Assembly (NCBI GenBank): GCA_964658305.1
Contig: OZ210885.1
Coordinates: 22,382,001 to 22,446,000 of the forward strand
Direction: 5' to 3'
From: Leptogorgia sarmentosa
Lineage: Eukaryota
DNA: 64,000 nt
The notes beneath the pieces were generated by a model. The model was not told the origin of the DNA and ran no database searches. It saw only the letters and a list, made by a program, of their open reading frames with translations. Made by a program: the position numbers and the translations under genes. Each line of letters starts with the position of its first letter. Positions within the stretch are counted from its first letter, which is position 1. Below, one piece after another: positions 11,492 to 24,481 of the stretch.

Positions 11492-12228
11492 GATTAAGGA
11501 GTGGTCTACACACTGATAAAATAACTTGATAAGGTAAGAAACGAAAGAAGTATGAATTATCAACATCACACTTTACATCATATGGGAAAGGTGGATCTTT
11601 AATGATCAAGTGCTCTGGTATAGTGTGAAGACGAAGGTATTTGGAGATGGTCTAGTGGAGTTGAAAGCTGGGATTGTTATCAAAACCTTGGCAAACTTAA
11701 CGACCACTCTGAAAATTGGGATTGTCAGGACTAGCCGAACTCTCTCCCTATCTCATTTGTTGAGCAACATATTAGCCCCATCATTACACAAGTAGCTGAA
11801 GTTACTGGCATTTTAATTGGAAAATTGAATGATACTCACTTGTAAGTTGAAGTTTGATTGAGATTCTACCAAAGCATTAGCAGAAACGAGGAAGTCACAT
11901 GAGATAGCAAGGCGTGCCACGAGGTCAGTCTTTAGAACTTATTTGGTGGGCAAATCGTAAGACGCTAATACATTTTGGGTTGGGACTGGGCGGGATGTGA
12001 CTTCTTCGTTTCTGCTAATGCTTCGGTAGAATCTCAATCAAACTTCAACTTACAAGTAAGTATCGTTTAATTTTCCAATTCTACCTCGCATTAGCATTCA
12101 CTCGGAAGTCACATGAGATTTTAGAGCCGATGACCACCAAATAAAGCCGATAATAGGCAGTAATGGTCCATGCATGGACTAATATCAATTTATTATGATT
12201 AATAACAAGTGACAACATTAACACATAA

Positions 12229-13196
12229 CTAGGTGGCCGTGGCGCGACTAAGCACACTGCTCGCAAAACCATTTGCAGATTGCAATGGTTTATCGTAGAA
12301 TTTCCCAAAAACCGAGGAAGTTCTCCAGCCTGCTGTTTTAAATATGTTGTCAATAGGAACACCAGCAGCTTTAGCTGTGGATGTGGCTGCACTTCTGGTG
12401 CTGTGAGGTTTAAATATGTCAATGTTTATCCCTGCAGCCTTCATTATATCTTTTGCCCAACAGGATATTGTAGCCTTTGCAGCAGGTCCATGAGGCTTAG
12501 CGTAACACAACAATAACTGATTTGACTTTCTAAACTTGGAAGTTCTTTCCAAATAACAATCAAGAGTATTAACTATACATAACTTCTTTTGTACATGATA
12601 TTTAACTAATTTGATTGGTTCAAGATGCCTCTGTTTACCACCAGCAATGACTCTATTTTAAAGATATAGCAATCCGGTTTATTTACCATACCTTCGATGG
12701 ATAGGGCTTTAATTGTTTGTGTTCTTTGAGCTGATGTCAGTAGCATTAATATCAATAATTTCTGTGTCAGTAACTTTAGCTTCAAATCTTTGTTATCTGG
12801 CAATTTGACTATATGATCCAGAATAATTTGTGGGTCCCACATTTCTACGTACCGAGGTAAGATTGGTTTCCGATTAAAGAGACCTGTGAGAAATGTGGAC
12901 ACCAGTGGATGATCATCAAATTTGTGTCCATCCAGGGTAATAAGGAATGACAATGCACTCCGTGTAGATGCCACTGCACTGTATCCTAGGCGTTGAGATT
13001 GCTTGGTAAGAAAGCTAAGAACCTCCCGAATTGAGGGTGTTGTATAATTGAGATTGTTTGATTGACAAAACTCCACCCAAGGTGCAAAATAAGATGAGTA
13101 TTGTTGTCTTGTGGAGTGTCGCCAAGAATCAATAATAATATCTTGTGCTTCACCTCTAACCCCTTGGTCAGTTACCGTTTTCCGGATACAAGACAA
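12229..13196 (-). pseudogene. DIRS tyrosine recombinase (frameshifted)
   Basis: SAQR, HSTRSAATS, AGW and FGKFYDKP motifs; split between ORFs 12606-13196 and 12229-12552. Confidence 0.9.
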
Positions 13197-13200
13197 CCAA

Positions 13201-14664
13201 TCAAGCGAACTTTGGGTAGAGAGGATGTACCTTGTCTGGGTTGTGCGGTAAAGTTAACGTCTTTGCATTGTTGTGTATGTGGTATGGTGGTGCTTCCATC
13301 AATTGGAGTAACAATGGATACCAGAACTGGGTTGTCCAGTCTGGAACAATTAGTATGACTCTTGCTCTGTCCATTTGAATTTTCTGGAAGACCCTGCCAA
13401 TCAAGGTGAAAGGTGGGAAACAGTATGACAGTGAATAATCTGACCAGTTTAATGTAAATGCATCGATTGCCCATGCACTGTGGTCAGGCTTCCAAGCTAC
13501 ATATGGCATAAGCTTGTAATTTAATCTTGATGTGAAGAGATCAATGCATGGAGTACCCCAAAGGTTTACTAACTGATTATATTCACTCACATTTAGACAC
13601 CATTCTGTGTCATCATTGAATACATGACTGGCCTTATCTGCCTCAGTATTCAGTTTCACTGGCAAGTGAGCTATCAGCAGAGAGATGTCCCTGTCCTTAC
13701 ACCAGAACATTATTTCTCTAGTAATGCCATTGCAGGGTCTAGAGTGGGTACCACCCATGTTCTTAATATATGCTACAGCCGTTTGATTATCTGAAAACAC
13801 CTTAATGCATTTTGAAAGCATATCCCCACACAGTGACTGAAGGCCCAATAGAATTGCCTTCAACTCTGGATAATTTATATGATTGAGAGACTCGGACTTT
13901 GACCAGCGTCCACCAGTGGACGAGGAGGCACCCTCAAGGATACTACCCCACCCCAAAAGGGAGCTGTCACATTTTAGGACACAATGGGGAATTTGTGGAA
14001 TGATATGGTGCGGATCACAATGTGAGCAATTAGTCCACCACTCAAGGTCCTTAATGACCAGTTCTGTTAAAGTCATGTGAGCATCCAAGTTGCCCAAGGC
14101 CAACTTGAGTGCATCAGTCTTCTCATTTTCAAGAGAGCAGTAGAAGAGGGGCCCATGTCTCACCCCAGGAAAGCTAGATACCATAAGTCCCACAACTGAT
14201 GCTACCTCTCTTATAGTAGGAGATCTTTTCCCAAGGAGGCTTTGGGAAGCTTGAATAAGCTTTGCACTTTTGCTTGGGGTCATACAGACCTCCATGGTAA
14301 CTGAATTGATCAGGAATCCAAGGAAACATACTTCCTGAGAAGGCACAAGTTGTGACTTGTCATAATTAATTGTGAAACCTAGGTCAGTTACCATGGTGAT
14401 GGTCTCAGTCAAAGCAAGTTCCAGGGCTTCCTTTGAATTAGCAATAAGAATAATGTCATCAATGTAAGCTACAAGCAGGACCCCCTTGCCCCGAAGAACC
14501 ACAAATAGTGGTTTCATTAGTTTGGTGAAAACCCGAGGGGCACTAGAAAGCCCATTCGGAAGGCATGTGAACTCATAAAGAGTGTCCTCAAAGTTAAATC
14601 TAAGGAACTTCCTGTGTTCACTAAAAATAGGAACAGAATAGTAGGCATCCTTTACATCTGCTAC
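13201..14664 (-). pseudogene. DIRS pol 3' part: RT, RNase H and methyltransferase-like domain
   Basis: DVKDAY, LPNGLSSAPRVF and YIDD (RT); CDSSLLGWG, HINYPELKA and SDNQTA (RNase H); IDLF...FPPF (MT). Confidence 0.92.
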
Positions 14665-15326
14665 GAGATAATCTAATTGGCGCGGCATGTGAGTAGCGAC
14701 TCAAAAGCGCGAGGCGCGACTAAATTGGCGCGACTCGTTAAAAAAGGCGCGACTCGCAGCAAAAAAAGGCGCGAGTCAACTCAATTTAATAAACTGCAGT
14801 TGAAGAATTCAGCTATCATGGTTGCGTATTTGATGCAAGTTAACATAATTATAAACACTCAAGATAGAGAATAAACAATATAACAAAATTGTATTAATAA
14901 TGTGCAATGATTGTGGCTACATGTTTCTTTTCAATATGTCAACAACTCAACAACTGACTCAAACGACAAAATAATAACGGGTTTCAACTGGCAGGTGTTT
15001 TCTGCAGATGGTGGTGACTGATGGTGGCCGGGTAACGATGAATTTCTCCAGATTACAGTAAATCCTTACGTCTAAATATAAATCTGATGGTCATGTCTCG
15101 CTAACAGGACTGTTCCAAACACTTTTGCCCGTCACGTGTCGCTGCCACCCGTGGAAATTATCTGCTGGGTTTCAACAATTGAAAACAATCGTGCTGAAAT
15201 TGATTAGCAAGCAAAATTTACATGCATAGACTACAAGCAAATATATAATCAGTTTTCTGCTACTAGTTTCATTAACAAAGTTAACCGGCTAAATATAATA
15301 CATCAGTATTTGTAAATGTTTCAGAT

Positions 15327-17910
15327 CTATGTATCCCTTATGACTTTGATTTGTCCTAAATTTAAACCATCAATAATTTCATTAGTTATTGTAGAATCTG
15401 CAGTTATAACACTTGGTGATTTCAAATTCGTCCAAGGTGGACATTTAATGCAGCGTACGTCTGGGCAGAAATAAAATTTGGTTTCGATGACGAAATCTTG
15501 TTCAAATGGAACGTACAAACCACACAAACGCACAGTTCGCCTTCCTCCACTTCCGTTCTGCAGCCTCTACACCTCGGGTTCTGTCCTCGTTTCTTTTCTT
15601 TTTTTCCAAGATACCAAATCTGTGGTTGAGAATTGCGGACGTTGTTTGCCAAAAGAGATCTTATTTTGTCTTTTCTGTTTGTCTGTGGAGAGTTTTGAAC
15701 GTCATTCCACTTGAGGGAACTGGGAATGTCGTTTGGCGTATTAGCAACAATCTGTTGTAGTTCTTCGTCTGTGAGACATACTTGTTGCAGCATAGCGTTA
15801 TCCTCAGGAATATTGCAAATATAAAGCAAAGTCCAAATGATGTGCTTGCACAGATCTTTACCACATGTTTTTGTAAAGTCAGGACATTCACACGAATGCT
15901 GATTTGCTATGGAAACTTTATATGTTGTATACCGCGACGTCACTACGTTGCATGATAGAACACTACAATTGTTGTCGAAATCTTTTACTTTGATTCCTTC
16001 TTTTTCATGTTTTGCTTTCTCAAAACGGTCAATGAGATGCTTACTGTGCGTTGCTCTGTATCGGCCAGACCTTGACTGTGATGACCTTCGTGGCCCACTA
16101 GGAACAATTGCATTGTGCCTATCGTGAGGTGCGGTAAACGGAGAAGAGTTTCCAGTGGTTTCGAGCATCCTATCCTGGTCCCCAATGTCTTCTCTCGTAA
16201 GTTCTTGACCCAAAACTTTGGCGATTCTCAGCTGGTTGGCTGTAGCCTTCCGTCTTTTGTCTTGCAGCGAGGGACCCGTGCCTACTTGTGACGCCCCATC
16301 ACTAAACGCTTTATATTCGATTTCAAGCTGTACATTGTCACGAGCATCAGCGTAAGCTGCATCTAAAAGTGACATGTTCATCTTGTCCCTTTTAGCCCAA
16401 CTGGCATGAACTACTTCCGCTAAATTCATCTTTGGGCCTTCGCTGACACGCTGAAATGCAGGGAAAATAAATGTACGTCTTCTATCCCACCAATCTAACC
16501 AGCTTGCTAAGCTTGAACGTTCCGGACTCTCTTCTATAAAATTACATAAATCTTCTTTGGCCTTTTCATATGCGATTACGGATTGGGCTTCAAGAAGTGC
16601 ATTGCAGAGTGTTTTAAAACGACTCCTAATTTCTTGACTGAATTTCCGAGACTGGCGATTTCTGCATTCTTTGAAATGGAATTCACACGTTCTTACGCGT
16701 TCAAGAACAGCCGATCCGAACACCCGTTTCAAACCTTCCATGTTCGATCCGGCCATATCTGTCACCCAGCCACATGGGTTGAAAAGATAATCTTTCTTTT
16801 CGCTAACTTTCTGCAGAATTTCATTAAAACACTTCCAAAAATTTTCAACACAAAGAGTTCTCAGCCTCACATTCCATAGTTGCCAATGGAATAACTTTCC
16901 GCAACAATGGATGGTAGACACTAGCGGTCAGAGAAACAAAACCTTTGCATCTGCTCATTTTCCCATAAAAAAAACAAACCTCCTCGCTGAGTGGATTGTT
17001 CTGGTTTTGTTCCATCTTTAAAGCAAACTGTGCCTTCAACATGCTCGATTTGAATACCAGCGAAGGTTTATTCGGGTTGGCACGTCTGTCGTTAATGGTG
17101 TACACGTAATACGGGTCGCGTTTATCGGCATATTCTTTGAAGTGTGCAACTGCCTCGTAATTGTGTCCGTGTGGTTCATTCAAAGCCTTCAGTTTTTGTT
17201 TCTCGTTTGAAATTGTTTTCTTTTTGGGAATAAGGGAAGCAGCTTGCTCTATCGAGTTCCAATCAGCGCCTATCAAGGAGTTGAAACAAGTTTATTTAAT
17301 TTTTTTCACAAAATTCATATACTTGCAATCTAACATAATAAAAATAGCACTTTTCGTCATGAGCGATTTCTGTGCTTCCATGCAATTTATTAGAAAACAC
17401 AACTAAGCAATGTATAGAATTGCAGGCATCTAGTTTTACCTTGTCTCATTTTCGAAATTATAACATTGCTTTGTAACTGCGATGGTGTAATATTAGGATT
17501 CTCTTGCAACTGCCTGTGTATCTCCTCATTTGTGCATTCTTTGCGTGAAACTTGCAATGGACATGTATGTTTGCCACGATGTTACACTCGTGTCTTCTTG
17601 CCAGACAATGCAACATAACGCCTGGCGCCACATGGTATGTGCTTTCCAGGACTCCAACAGATACTGCAAACGTTAGTTTTCTTTTCGAAATGCGTTCTGT
17701 TGACTATGCCGTATTCCTTCTTAAAATGACATTCAGAATTGACACACTCATAGGATCCGGAACAATCCGAGTACCGTACATTATCAAAACCACTCCACCG
17801 AGTATGCAAGGATTTTTTCCACGGCCTCCCATCTCGTACTCTTGACGTTCGATTCATGACATCGCCTGTCTGAGATATCTCGTAGACGTGCAAACCATCA
17901 ATGTCCTCAG
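15327..17910 (-). pseudogene. MULE transposase with SWIM zinc finger (multi-exon, frameshifted)
   Basis: TDMAGSN...TCEFHF, NLAEVVH and the SWIM motif CECPDF...CKH. Confidence 0.85.
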
Positions 17911-18084
17911 GGAAACATAATATAATTATTAACTTGAACTTGCGAATATCAATGTTTTTATAGTTAATGATTAGTTCTGAAAATATTACACAGTATTGGT
18001 GTTTTGTAATTGTGTTATGTAAACGTTGTTTAAACGATGACCAAACCAAATTAAGTTACGTTTCTCGATACTACATACATTTAG

Positions 18085-18560
18085 CTTATTTTATTTTATT
18101 TTATTTTATTTAAAAATATTTAAACACGGTAGCCTTTCAGCTGAAAAATGTACAAAAAATAAGTGCTGATTTTCAAAGGGCCGTGTATTTACGACTACTT
18201 ACAAATCTATACGTTTGGCTTACTATAAAAATTTAAACAAACTATATAATATACACACTACTTAACTACAGTTTCTAACGCTACTAATTATCTCGACTCT
18301 CTTAGTTTTACTTTGCGAATTCCAGATTTTGGCGGCCGCATAACTAAAGGATCTTTTCATTGCATTTGTATTTGGTTTTGATAGCCCCAGCACCAAGTCA
18401 TTGCTCCGAAGATTATAGTTGTCATTATCACTAACATGAAACATTTGATTAATCCCTTCAGGACATTTTTTAAAAAGAGCCTGTGTAACATAATTGATAG
18501 TTTGCGAGTTTCGTCTATCCTGGAGATTGTTTCATCCTAGCTAGAGAGTTGTATGGTTTG
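18085..18560 (-). mobile_element. LINE 3' fragment nested inside the MULE
   Basis: YNLRSND...PNTNAMKRSFSYAAAKIWNS followed by a (TAAAA)n tail. Confidence 0.7.
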
Positions 18561-18797
18561 TCTTTGTACAAACATAACTTTGCATTCGTGTGATATTCAA
18601 TTTTTTCGCCAGTCGCGCCTTTTTTCCACGAGTCGCGCCATTTTCCACGAGTCGTGCCTTTTTTAGCGAGTCGCACCTTTTTTTAACGAGTCGCGCCTTT
18701 TTTTAACGAGTCGCACCTTTTTTAACGAGTCGCGCCAATTTAGTCACGCCTCGCGCTTTTGAGTCGCTACTCGCATGCGCGCCAATTAGATTATCTC

Positions 18798-19271
18798 ATC
18801 TGCTACTGCCATGTAGCAGTTTCGTTTTATTAGCTGTAGTGCTGATGCCAGTGTGTCCATTTTGAAATGCTTATAAGTTATAAATTGGTTAAGGTTTTTT
18901 AAATTAAGAATTAATCTATAAGAGCCATCCTTTTTTGGGAGAATGAAAACGTTTGAGAGAAATTCACCCTCTGTATGCATCACGTTATGTATAACCCCTT
19001 TATTGAGGAGCTTTCCAATCTCAGCAGCCACTATTTGTGATTCTTTAGCATTAGTAAACATCCTGTTTGGGCAGGCAATTTGATTAGGTATAGAGTCAAA
19101 TTCAAGTTTATAACCTTCCACAGTATTTAAAATTGTTTGGTCTGAAGTTACTTTAGACCAGTTCCCAACAAAATTCCTAATTTGACCCACAATAAAGGAG
19201 CAATTGCCACTTACCCTGTCATTGGGTTTCTCTGTATTCACTGTTGTTTCTGCTGCCGGTTTTGAGACCAC
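18798..19271 (-). pseudogene. DIRS pol 5' part
   Basis: FLSNVFILPKKDGSYRLILNLK...HFKMD. Rejoins as NCYMAVADVKDAY once the MULE is removed. Confidence 0.92.
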
Positions 19272-20087
19272 AGGTGCCCGCCTCTTGAGCCTTTCCTCCT
19301 CTTGGAGAAGCTCTGGCCCCGGAAGTTTTTTGACGCCTTGTTAAAAGTGTGGCTGTGGGTAGTATTGAAGCTACCAGAGTTCCCATGATAAGCAGGTTTG
19401 TGACTGGGAAGAACACGAGCACATATTTTGTTCTCATCCCCAATGTCCTTCAGTTGTTTTTTGCAAATCATCACCAAACAACCAGTCAGTGAAGGGAACC
19501 TGTGGCAAGCAAAGGGCAGCATACTCCTTGCCAATATCAGTTTTGATAAACAATTTTCTTTGAATATTCAACTCATAATTTGTATGAGTAAGGAGTGACA
19601 AGGATTCTAAGGCAAGTCTTTTTGCTTGCAGTGTCTTATCGCCACTTAGGTCTCCCGACATACATAAGTCGGCTATTTTAATAACAGGTATGATGCCTTT
19701 GATTAAAACCTGTTGTATCTTGTAAAGATTAAAGTCGCGTTTCTTTGTGTATTCCCCCAGGCGACGATAAATACCTGTGTTGACACGTGTTGGTTTTGCA
19801 GTGTCACAGTTGGCTGGTCTCGCATGGCGATGCATTTTTTCCTGCAAGGTTTTGTCCGCCATTTTGGAACGGAACATCTTAGCGACTAGTTTGGCCAACT
19901 GAGTGTTTGCAATCTCGTCGCCAACAGAGTCTTCTGACTCATATTCTTTATTTAACTGGCTGAGGAGTTCGTACTCTTCCTCTGGTTCACAGTCACCTGG
20001 GTCTACATCGTCCGACAGAGCGTCGGAGCTTAATAGTTGGTTTAATAACCCTTCGCGTTCGCCTTCATCATGAGGGTTTGTGCTCAT
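19238..20087 (-). pseudogene. DIRS gag-like ORF (frameshifted)
   Basis: Lies upstream of and overlaps pol; contains RPANC...VN..I and WLFGDDL motifs and a basic C-terminus. Confidence 0.75.
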
Positions 20088-20582
20088 GGAGGAAGCAGCT
20101 TGAGAAGCATTCTTTTTGGCGGGAGGACAACTAAAGTCGCTCTCATTTCCCTTACGTTTTAACGTATTGGGCTGCTTGTTTCACCACTCACGGAGGGATG
20201 TTTATTAAGTAAGTTAGTAAGATTTACAATCGCCGATGTCAGCAAAGACATTTCCGGCGTGAAGGCAGGAGCTGCCTTCCCAGTCGTTTCAACCCGAGAC
20301 AGCATGGCTTCTCAAGGGCACGCGGTTGCATTTTCTTCGTGATCGCTGTGAAGGAGCTCCTCAATTGTCGAATCTTGGTCGCCACTTGGGTCCTCTTCGA
20401 CATGCGCCATAACTTGAATGCCAGTTGTAGAATCAAGATCGTCCAAGAAGGAAATTTATTTAATTTTTTGCCACCACCAAAGATTTCGACTGTACAGCTC
20501 AAAGGTTCGACTCGCACTGACCTCGTGGTACGCCTTGCTATCTCACATGACTTCCGAGTGAATGCTAATGCGAGGTAGAATT

Positions 20583-22260
20583 TCGAATTTCCCTGGTGTT
20601 AATCATGGGCCCAGTACATTACTGAGCCTTAGAAATATGTAAAATGTATGCCTTAAAACAACAGTTGAAAGGCAACTACACATCTACAATGGTCCTGTCA
20701 CCACAAGCCAAGAAAGAGCTGCTTGGTGGATGGAAAACATAGCCACAGCTATAAAACCAGTGCAGTGTCCAAACCCTGGCGCCGTTATTCAATCTGATGC
20801 CTCTAATGATGGGTTGGGAGCAGTCAGGGGCAATATTACTACTGGTTGGGGCGATGGACTGAGTGTGAACAACAGGACCACATTAATGTATTGGAGCTTC
20901 AGGCAGCATTCTTCGCCTTGAAGTCCCTGTGCAGTCAGGAATCAGGGATACACATTTAAATCCAACTGGATAACTCCACAGTAGTGGCATACATAAATAA
21001 CATGGGTGGCACTAAATTCCACAAAGTGAACCAACTGTCAATTGAGCTTTGGGAGTGTTGTATTCTGTGCAACATCTGGCTATCTGCTGTACATATTGCA
21101 GGGGTAACTAATGTAGAAGCTGACAAAATGTCACACCGATTCTCGGATAACCATGAGTGGATGCTTCATTAGAAATGGTTCCAAGATATCCCCAACAAAT
21201 TCCCTAGATTAGACATTGATTTGTTTGCCAGTGGACTTAATGTGCAGCTGCCAAACTACATCGCATGCCACCCAGGGTGTGTGGCAGTAAATGCTTTTAC
21301 AGTAACATGCCATTTCAAGATGTTTTCTGCTTTCCCACCATTTGTGTACAGAAAATCATCCAGGACAAGGCAACAGGAATCCTGATAACACCCCTCTGGA
21401 CAACACAAACGTGGTTCCCTATTCAACCAACCCTGGATCTCAAAACAATCATGCAACCTCATGATTCATCCATCAGGGGAAAAACTACACCCACTTCATA
21501 AAGACTAATGGTCTGCCCGGTATATGGGGATCGTTGCAAGCAGCAGGCCTTTCAAGGGAAGTTACCAATATCCTCATGTCCTGGCAACCTGGCACTAGGA
21601 AACAGTACAAGGCTTACCTTTGGAAATCGATGGACTTTTGTAGTGAAGGGAGGATTGATCAGTATTCCCGAACACTGATCCAAGCGTTATCTTAGATGAA
21701 GTCTCCCAAAGACCACAGACTAAGCTATTCAGCATTAAATACTACAAGGTCAGATTTATCTATATCCATTCCGGGTAGCCAAACATTTGGGACACACCCA
21801 TTAGTTTCACGGTTTATGAAAAGTGTTTACGAAGAGCTGAGGCCACAACCAATATACATTGTCATTGAAGAATCATACACAGAAACTTGTTATGTTGCCA
21901 TTATTAGTTTCGGGCCAGCTTCATGTCAATTTCAAGTACTGGAACATATAAAAACTAGTAAACCAGGTGGAAGCCCAACTTTTATTACATTTCAAAAATA
22001 TGATCAAAATGCAAATACCTGCCCATTACTAACATTGGCAGAGTACCTGAAACGAACAAAGAGTTTGTGGGTTGATGAAGACCAAGTATTTATAAGTTAT
22101 TTGGAACCTTACAAAGCAGTATCCTGCGATACAATTTCTCTATGGGTGAAACAAGTACTGGCTGATGCTGGCATATATACCAATATTTATACACCCCATA
22201 GTACAGGAGCAGCTTCAACCTCAAAGTCATATGGTAAAGTATACCCATCTCGTGGATGAC
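20583..22260 (+). mobile_element. Older, highly decayed DIRS1-like element (RT connection, RNase H, MT, YR); its short left part is at about 11770-11818
   Basis: QSDAS, DNSTVVAYINNMGGT, NVEAD, IDLFA, FPP and PHSTGAASTS motifs with many stops and frameshifts. Confidence 0.85.
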
Positions 22261-22789
22261 AGATGTTATAAATATTCATGAGCATGAAACACATGTTCAA
22301 ACAATACAAAGCAATAAGTTTCGCTTACTAAGGAAAATCTATTTGAACCAGGTGGGCAAAAGAATAGCGATCAAAATGCCAGAGTGAGAAAGGAAGAAAG
22401 AAGGAAAAGAAAGCTAGAGAGACGCCTAGCAAAATTGTCCTTAGATTCAAAGGATGAAAAGCCTAAGAAAAAAAAAAGAGAAAAGAAAACTTGCAAAAGG
22501 GAAAGGGGGGAATAGGAGAGTAATAAGAATACTTGAGAATACTTGCTAGCTCTCCCTCTATACATACCACTACAGCCTATTTCATCCAAAGGGAATCTTC
22601 AGGTGGTCTACAACAGGCTGTAGTTGCTGCCGCAGCGAGCGAGCCTGAAGCGAGCGAGCAAGGCAGCAGATCCTAATTTTGTCTTGTGGATCAAAATCAA
22701 AATTTTCTATTGGCGCATTGCATGACGGTACCAGTAAATTTAGGGTGTTCGACCCGCATTTTTCAGGACTTTTCCCAACTGTAAATTCT

Positions 22790-23410
22790 AACCGTGGTGC
22801 AACGCGGTCTCGCTATGATTTCTTTTCCTTCGTGCAACGCGGTCTCGCTATCATTTCTTTTCCGTTGACGTTCGACATGCAGTTGAAGAATCGGTCCACA
22901 GGTTTCAAATTTGTATTTCTCGGTCGACAGGTCCTGGCACCAATACTGTTAACAATATTACAGTTTACATACCACTGTTCTATTTAACTATTTTCTTATT
23001 ATTAGGTTGATTTTTGTAACAGTTCTAAGGTGAGATTTGTCAGTCCCCGGTTGCTGACTCAAGTTGTATTTTGGTACCTGCAACAACTCTCTTCAATTCA
23101 ATATAATACCCAGCAACAATATGTATTTCTTGGTCGACAGGTTTTAAATTTTGTATTTCTCGGTCGTCGTGCAACGCGGTCTCGCTATCATTTCTTTTCC
23201 TTCGACGTTCGACATGCAGTTGACCTTTAATGATCAGTCGACAGGTTTAAAATTTGTATTTCTCGGTCGACAGGTTTTACATTTGTATTTGTCGGTCGAC
23301 AGGTTCCAAATACAAGTCGACAGGTTTTAAATTTGTATTTCTCGGTGGACAGGTTTGAAATTTGTATTTCTCGATGGACAGGTTTGAAATTTTGTATTTC
23401 TCGGTCGAGC
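22790..23410. repeat. Minisatellite-rich non-autonomous repeat (unit about 30 bp, TCGACAGGTTTTAAATTTGTATTTCTCGG)
   Basis: Many degenerate copies, plus three copies of GCAACGCGGTCTCGCTAT. Confidence 0.75.
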
Positions 23411-23471
23411 ATTGATTTCATGTCATGCCTGTGTTTCATTTCTGGTTGTTATCTCCACAGAAAATTCCGTT

Positions 23472-24481
23472 GGTGATTATAAAAATTAATCCTCTTATTA
23501 CAAATTACTGTTAAAGTACTTGGAAAGAATTATACACTTCAAATGCTGAATGATTTGGATTTTCTATTTTTGTGCCTTGCACTACCATTACAAGTCGCAA
23601 TTTGCATGCTGCTAAAAATCATCAGTACTGTTTTATGATGTTGAAGGACAGTAAAAAGATAATATTGCTTCCGCAACAAAAATGTTTCTGAATTTGTTGT
23701 TGAACTTAGTTTCGCTTCCCGAGAGTCAAATTTTGTGCAATGGATAGCTGTAAAACCAGTCAATGGTCATTGGGGGGTTTGTACATTTGTTTATTGTTTG
23801 TACATTTGTTAGGTAACCCCTCCACAACCAGAGCTGAAATGTTGTAGCTGTTCATCATACCACTACCGTTTTAATTTGAGCATGTCCATGTTCGAATTTA
23901 AATGCTTTTAACTCCCTAATTAGCCCAAGAATGCTACGTCAGTTAAAACGCCAGAGCAGAAAATTTTTATGCTTGCATTGTAAACTAATTGAACTGGTTC
24001 CACTAGCATAACACAGAATAAAATGTATGAATATCACTTATTACGTTATAGTGTACTAAAAGGTAGATATAATTGGACGAGGCATATATTGTTCTCAGAC
24101 GAAAGATTCGGTTTTCGCTAAGGATATAATAATGCAGAATATAATTTTGAAGGGCCAAGTATTAAACAATCAAACCCTTGGACAAAGCCAGTGGCCACTG
24201 TTGTAAGGAAACCATGAAAACTCTGAAAACTACTTTTAATAGGAATGTAACACTTTTACCGCCGATTTGGTAAAGCCGCTGTCAAATTTACGTTAATAGT
24301 GGTGATTATAAAAACTAATCCTCTTATTACAAATTACTGTTAAAGTACTTGGAAGGAATTATATACAATGCTGAATGATTTGGATTTTCTATTTTTGTGC
24401 CTTGCACTACCATTACAAGTCGCAATTTGCATGCTGCTAAAAATCATCAGTACTGTTTTATGATGTTGAAGGACAGTAAAA
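23472..24481 (+). repeat. Direct repeat of about 185 bp (23472-23655 and 24301-24481)
   Basis: Near-identical GGTGATTATAAAAA...GAAGGACAGTAAAA copies about 830 bp apart. Confidence 0.85.

Larger units (their letters stand above)
14665..18797 (-). mobile_element. MULE/Mutator DNA transposon
   Basis: TIRs beginning GAGATAATCTAATTGGCGC; 9-bp TSD ATCTGCTAC at 14656-14664 and 18798-18806; subterminal GAGTCGCGCC repeats. Confidence 0.93.
11815..20582 (-). mobile_element. Full-length DIRS1-like tyrosine-recombinase retrotransposon (degenerate, interrupted by a MULE)
   Basis: Carries gag, RT/RNaseH/MT and YR ORFs. ITRs at 20516-20582 and 11815-11929, ICR at 11995-12119, and AATT at both ends. Confidence 0.93.

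Noticed and set aside
13201..13560. Stand-alone DNA methyltransferase or restriction-modification system
   Set aside because: The MT-like domain is a standard part of DIRS1-like pol.
18600..18740. CRISPR-like short repeats
   Set aside because: There are no unique spacers; these are MULE subterminal repeats in eukaryotic DNA.
23230..23410. CRISPR-like 30-bp repeats
   Set aside because: Head-to-tail degenerate minisatellite with no spacers or cas genes.
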